DNA from: Azolla caroliniana
Taxonomy: Eukaryota; Plantae; Polypodiophyta
Length of the DNA: 64,000 nt
Reading direction: 5' to 3'
Assembly (NCBI GenBank): GCA_043228905.1
Contig: JBHGNT010000001.1
Span: 9,796,001 to 9,860,000 of the forward strand
Below, one piece after another: positions 60,646 to 64,000 of this stretch. How positions within the stretch are numbered: the stretch's first letter is position 1; every line of letters begins with the position of its first letter. The notes under the pieces were generated by a model, which had not been told where the DNA came from, made no database searches, and saw only the letters and a list, made by a program, of their open reading frames with translations. The position numbers were made by a program, and so were the translations under genes.

Positions 60646-62938
60646 ATGGGAAATGCCAACGCGACCATGAGAGTCGATCACCATGGAGCTCCGCAATCGT
60701 CCGTTGAAACCACTGCCCCCAACGATGGCCTGGAGCCCCCTTCTTGTAGCCCCCTGAATCAGAGCGTCGCTGACCCAGCAGCAGCTTCTAATGATAAGAC
60801 TTGTGTACCGGCTTCATCATCACCTGCACCTGCGCCGCCAAGTTCTAATGGTCGGCTCTGTGTGCATGTCACAAATGCAGGGATTGCTCATCATGGCACC
60901 ATGTCCAGTGCCACTAGCCCATTATACAGCTCCTCCACCAGCAACAATGCAAATGTAGTTTCTCGCTGTCAGCAAATTTCAGGCCAGATGATCGCAGCAG
61001 CCACATCGAAGCCCGGTGCAGGCGTCGGATCTGGAGGAGTTTCTGTTATAAATGGTATTAATACAACTCATGGCGCACCTTCGTCTTATCATGAGTCATC
61101 AACCCCTAGTAACATCTTGCCAACTGGAAAGCCAGATAAAGCCACACATTCGCCCCTGATCTTTACTGAACAGGTAATTTCTCTCCGGCCTAATTTGTGT
61201 ACGCCAAACAATCAAACAAACAGGCAAATTGATGTTTTCTCACTTAATTAAGAGGTTTTCGTTGATGGAGATATTGGATATCTATGAATTTCGGTCTAAA
61301 ACGAACACTTCCAAGTGTCTCATGTGTGAAGTTAAGTTTGGTTATCCTGGAGGAATTATATTCCAATCTTTTTTTCTTAATGAGTTAAGGAAACCTGAAG
61401 CCATCTCCAGATTTTGGCCAAACCCATGCGGTAGGATACAGAACACCATTGCAGCTCGACATGAATTAAATGTCAGCAATCTTGGCTAGACCTGTGAAGT
61501 ATCCTTATAGAGGTCTAGCCAAATTGTCAAGCTGTTTGTAATGCATAAGCGTCCTCACATGCCACAAGATCTGTCGTAGGCATCTGATAACATTTGACCT
61601 GATAACCAAAATCAGGCCAAATGTTTCCTGGTTAAAAATGACTCGGCATGCATGGAGTTGCTTGGAAACAGCTGTAGCCGAAATTTGGAAATGGCTTGAG
61701 TTGAGAGGGAAATTGTTTATACACACACACACACACACACAAACTATTCGAATATCTATATATACATTTGGCACATGTGGACTTTTGTTGCTCCCAAATT
61801 TTATGTCTAAGTTCCAGAGAGAGAGAGAATTAGATTAGAGCAGATTAGAGTCAAGGCTATCAGGATGGTAAGATGCGGCTGTGCATGTCCCAACATTCTT
61901 ATCTTGTATTGGGGTAACATTTGCAATGTAAATTTCTAAATTTGACATTTTAGCATCATGCCACTTCATCAGTAGTGCCGCTTGTAGTCTATCCGTGATG
62001 AATACATGCTTCATAACATGACCTGAAAGCTTCAATTGATTTTCTACTCCCCATCTTTTAAATCATTTCATAATGTCAAGCACCCAGCCAGAATCATGTC
62101 ACACACATAACCATAAGAATGATTGACAAAACTTTTTACTTTTAATTTACAGAATCATGTCCTATCTAATGCCATCAGTAGCATGGCAATGACATTGTAT
62201 ATGGTATTGGAATAAACAGTTATTTCATTTCAGATCATTCTACCAATTTAATCACGTCTTCCATAAATAATGGTCCTATTCTCTTGCATCCTTTAACTTA
62301 TCATTCATTGGGTTATTATGGCTTGATCAGCACACAATTGTTTTTATATGTCGTACTTCTCATCATCTCATAGAGAGAGGTGTTATGAGAATATTGGGTT
62401 CTTTCACCTTGTGAAGATACATAATATAAAATTGTTTCAACTCTCATGTTCTCTAGCTCTAAAACCTGAGACTTATGAAGATACATTGTATGTCAATATG
62501 GTTCTAAGCTGTTCTGAATGTGGATTGTGTGCAGCACCCACAGGTTCCAGCTTATTCAGAAGTTTTGGGGAAATCACATGTGTACGTATCTGAAAAGACA
62601 AGTCAAGCACCTGAGAATACGATTGCTACACTGATCGAGTGGAAGTATGGAGGATCAAATGTTTGTGTCGAAGGATCTTGGGATGATTGGAGTTCAAGGT
62701 ACATTACATAATGAGTTTTGCTTTAGAAAACTTGTTTGCAGCTCTACTTATGGGATCTCTTGATCTATGCATCAGAATTCCATTACAAAAGTCAGGAAAG
62801 GTCTTCACAATTGTCAAGATTCTCGTTGAAGGAGTGTACCATTATAGATTTGTGGTTGATGGAGAATTGAGACATGCACCAGAGTTGCCATATATATTTG
62901 ACAATAAAGGAAAAGCCATGAATGTCCTTGACATACAG
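60646..62938 (+). CDS. SnRK1/AMPK regulatory beta subunit, first three exons (60646-61173, 62544-62698, 62776-62938); continues beyond the window
   Basis: MGN myristoylation-type start, SPLIFTEQ|VP, CBM48 motifs WKYGGSNVCVEGSWDDW and GVYHYRFVVDG, NVLDIQ. Confidence 0.9.
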
Positions 62939-63390
62939 GTAATTTCGTAATAATTTAAGTAAGAGATAAATAGGAATTCCAAGTAACGTTTGTCTTTCTT
63001 GATCCATAATAAGATGATATGGTTTGATCAATTTGCAACTTGAAGGTTTTTGATGGTACCATGATTTACTACAATTTAAAAAATGGTGTATTTCTTGTTT
63101 TTTCATTGTCAGTACCCTATCATGCACGTTTGCTCATTTTCATTGTCATCTCTACCTTGCAGCTTTAGGGGTTTGAACCTTAATAAATCACAGGACCAAG
63201 GTTTGAAAAATTACGCCATGGGCTCCATTAGTGCATTCTGTTGACCAAGGTTTCAAAATTTACGCCATGCACTCTATTAGTGCATTCTGTTAAAACTCTG
63301 GTTCCTTGAAACATGCACTAACGTTGTATGGTTTTGAAAGTACCAGGGAATCCCATGAAAAAAGGAAAGTTGCCAACTTTAATTTCTTGA

Positions 63391-63736
63391 GATTTCTGCT
63401 AAAGCCCGTTACAACCACTTGGGGAGTCTACATCTTTGTCTACTCAGTATCAGGTCTTCTAATTGTAGGTGCAGTTGGTAATGTTAATGTGTGCAACATT
63501 CAGCACTGTCCTATCTATTTGTTATTTCTAGGACAGACATTTTTTATATGCATGAAGCCCATCATGGATTTCTGCTAAAGCCCGTTACAACCACTTGGGG
63601 AGTCTACATCTTTGTCTACTCAGTATCAGGTCTTCTAATTGTAGGTGCAGTTGGTAATGTTAATGTGTGCAACATTCAGCACTGTCCTATCTATTTGTTA
63701 TTTCTAGGACAGACATTTTTTATATGCATGAAGCCC
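63391..63736. repeat. Intronic tandem duplication, period 176 bp
   Basis: GATTTCTGCTAAAGCCC...GCATGAAGCCC at 63391 and 63567. Confidence 0.9.
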
Positions 63737-64000
63737 GACATCTAAGTGTAGGCTACAGTTGGTTTCTTAATAAGAGTCTTTCTCCCCCTTAGTGCTCCAG
63801 GAGCCTTTCACCATGGCAGGATCTTTGTTATTCTTGTTACTCATCGCATGATCAATACCCCACATCTTCAGTTATTGATAAAAAGTCTCACCATCATGGA
63901 GTGGAGTAGGTAATCCTGAAGCCCTATATCTTTGTCTACTTGGTTTGTTGCACTGTATTGGGGGCGTGTTCAGCAATCTTAGATGATGTAACATCATCAA

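Noticed and set aside
59838-60696. ORFs with YVCM/HTYI/poly-E/poly-K runs
   Set aside because: Translations of microsatellites.

Overview
Land-plant nuclear DNA (GT-AG introns, AT-rich host sequence, GC-rich retroelements; the organism cannot be determined). Positions 3894-40076 are one nested retrotransposon island flanked by the 5-bp TSD TCACA. Its outer shell is a rearranged Tat-like Ty3/gypsy composite (tRNA-Arg-type PBS) whose two termini are unrelated LTRs. Nested inside are: (i) a gag-only, tRNA-Trp-primed LTR element (6307-9965); (ii) an intact, very young Tnt1/Tork-like Copia (10647-15989); (iii) a 6 x 752-bp tandem array across the Copia/host junction; (iv) two tRNA-Trp-primed Gypsy copies in opposite orientation (22308-36763, with 29717-36151 inside it); (v) a solo LTR; and (vi) a 2.57-kb non-coding insert (27053-29618). 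That insert has 163-bp identical terminal direct repeats, telomere-like motifs and a complete type I hammerhead ribozyme, and is the most notable feature: a candidate Penelope-like/retrozyme-type RNA element. Host genes are a class 3 lipase-like terminal exon (1000-1620), a 12-exon TauE/SafE sulfite exporter (+), a DHHC S-acyltransferase (-) and a SnRK1 beta subunit (+, runs off the window). There is also a hAT-like MITE, a decayed LINE RT fragment and several microsatellites. All coordinates were read by eye, and tRNA identities and family names come from recalled knowledge, not from searches.
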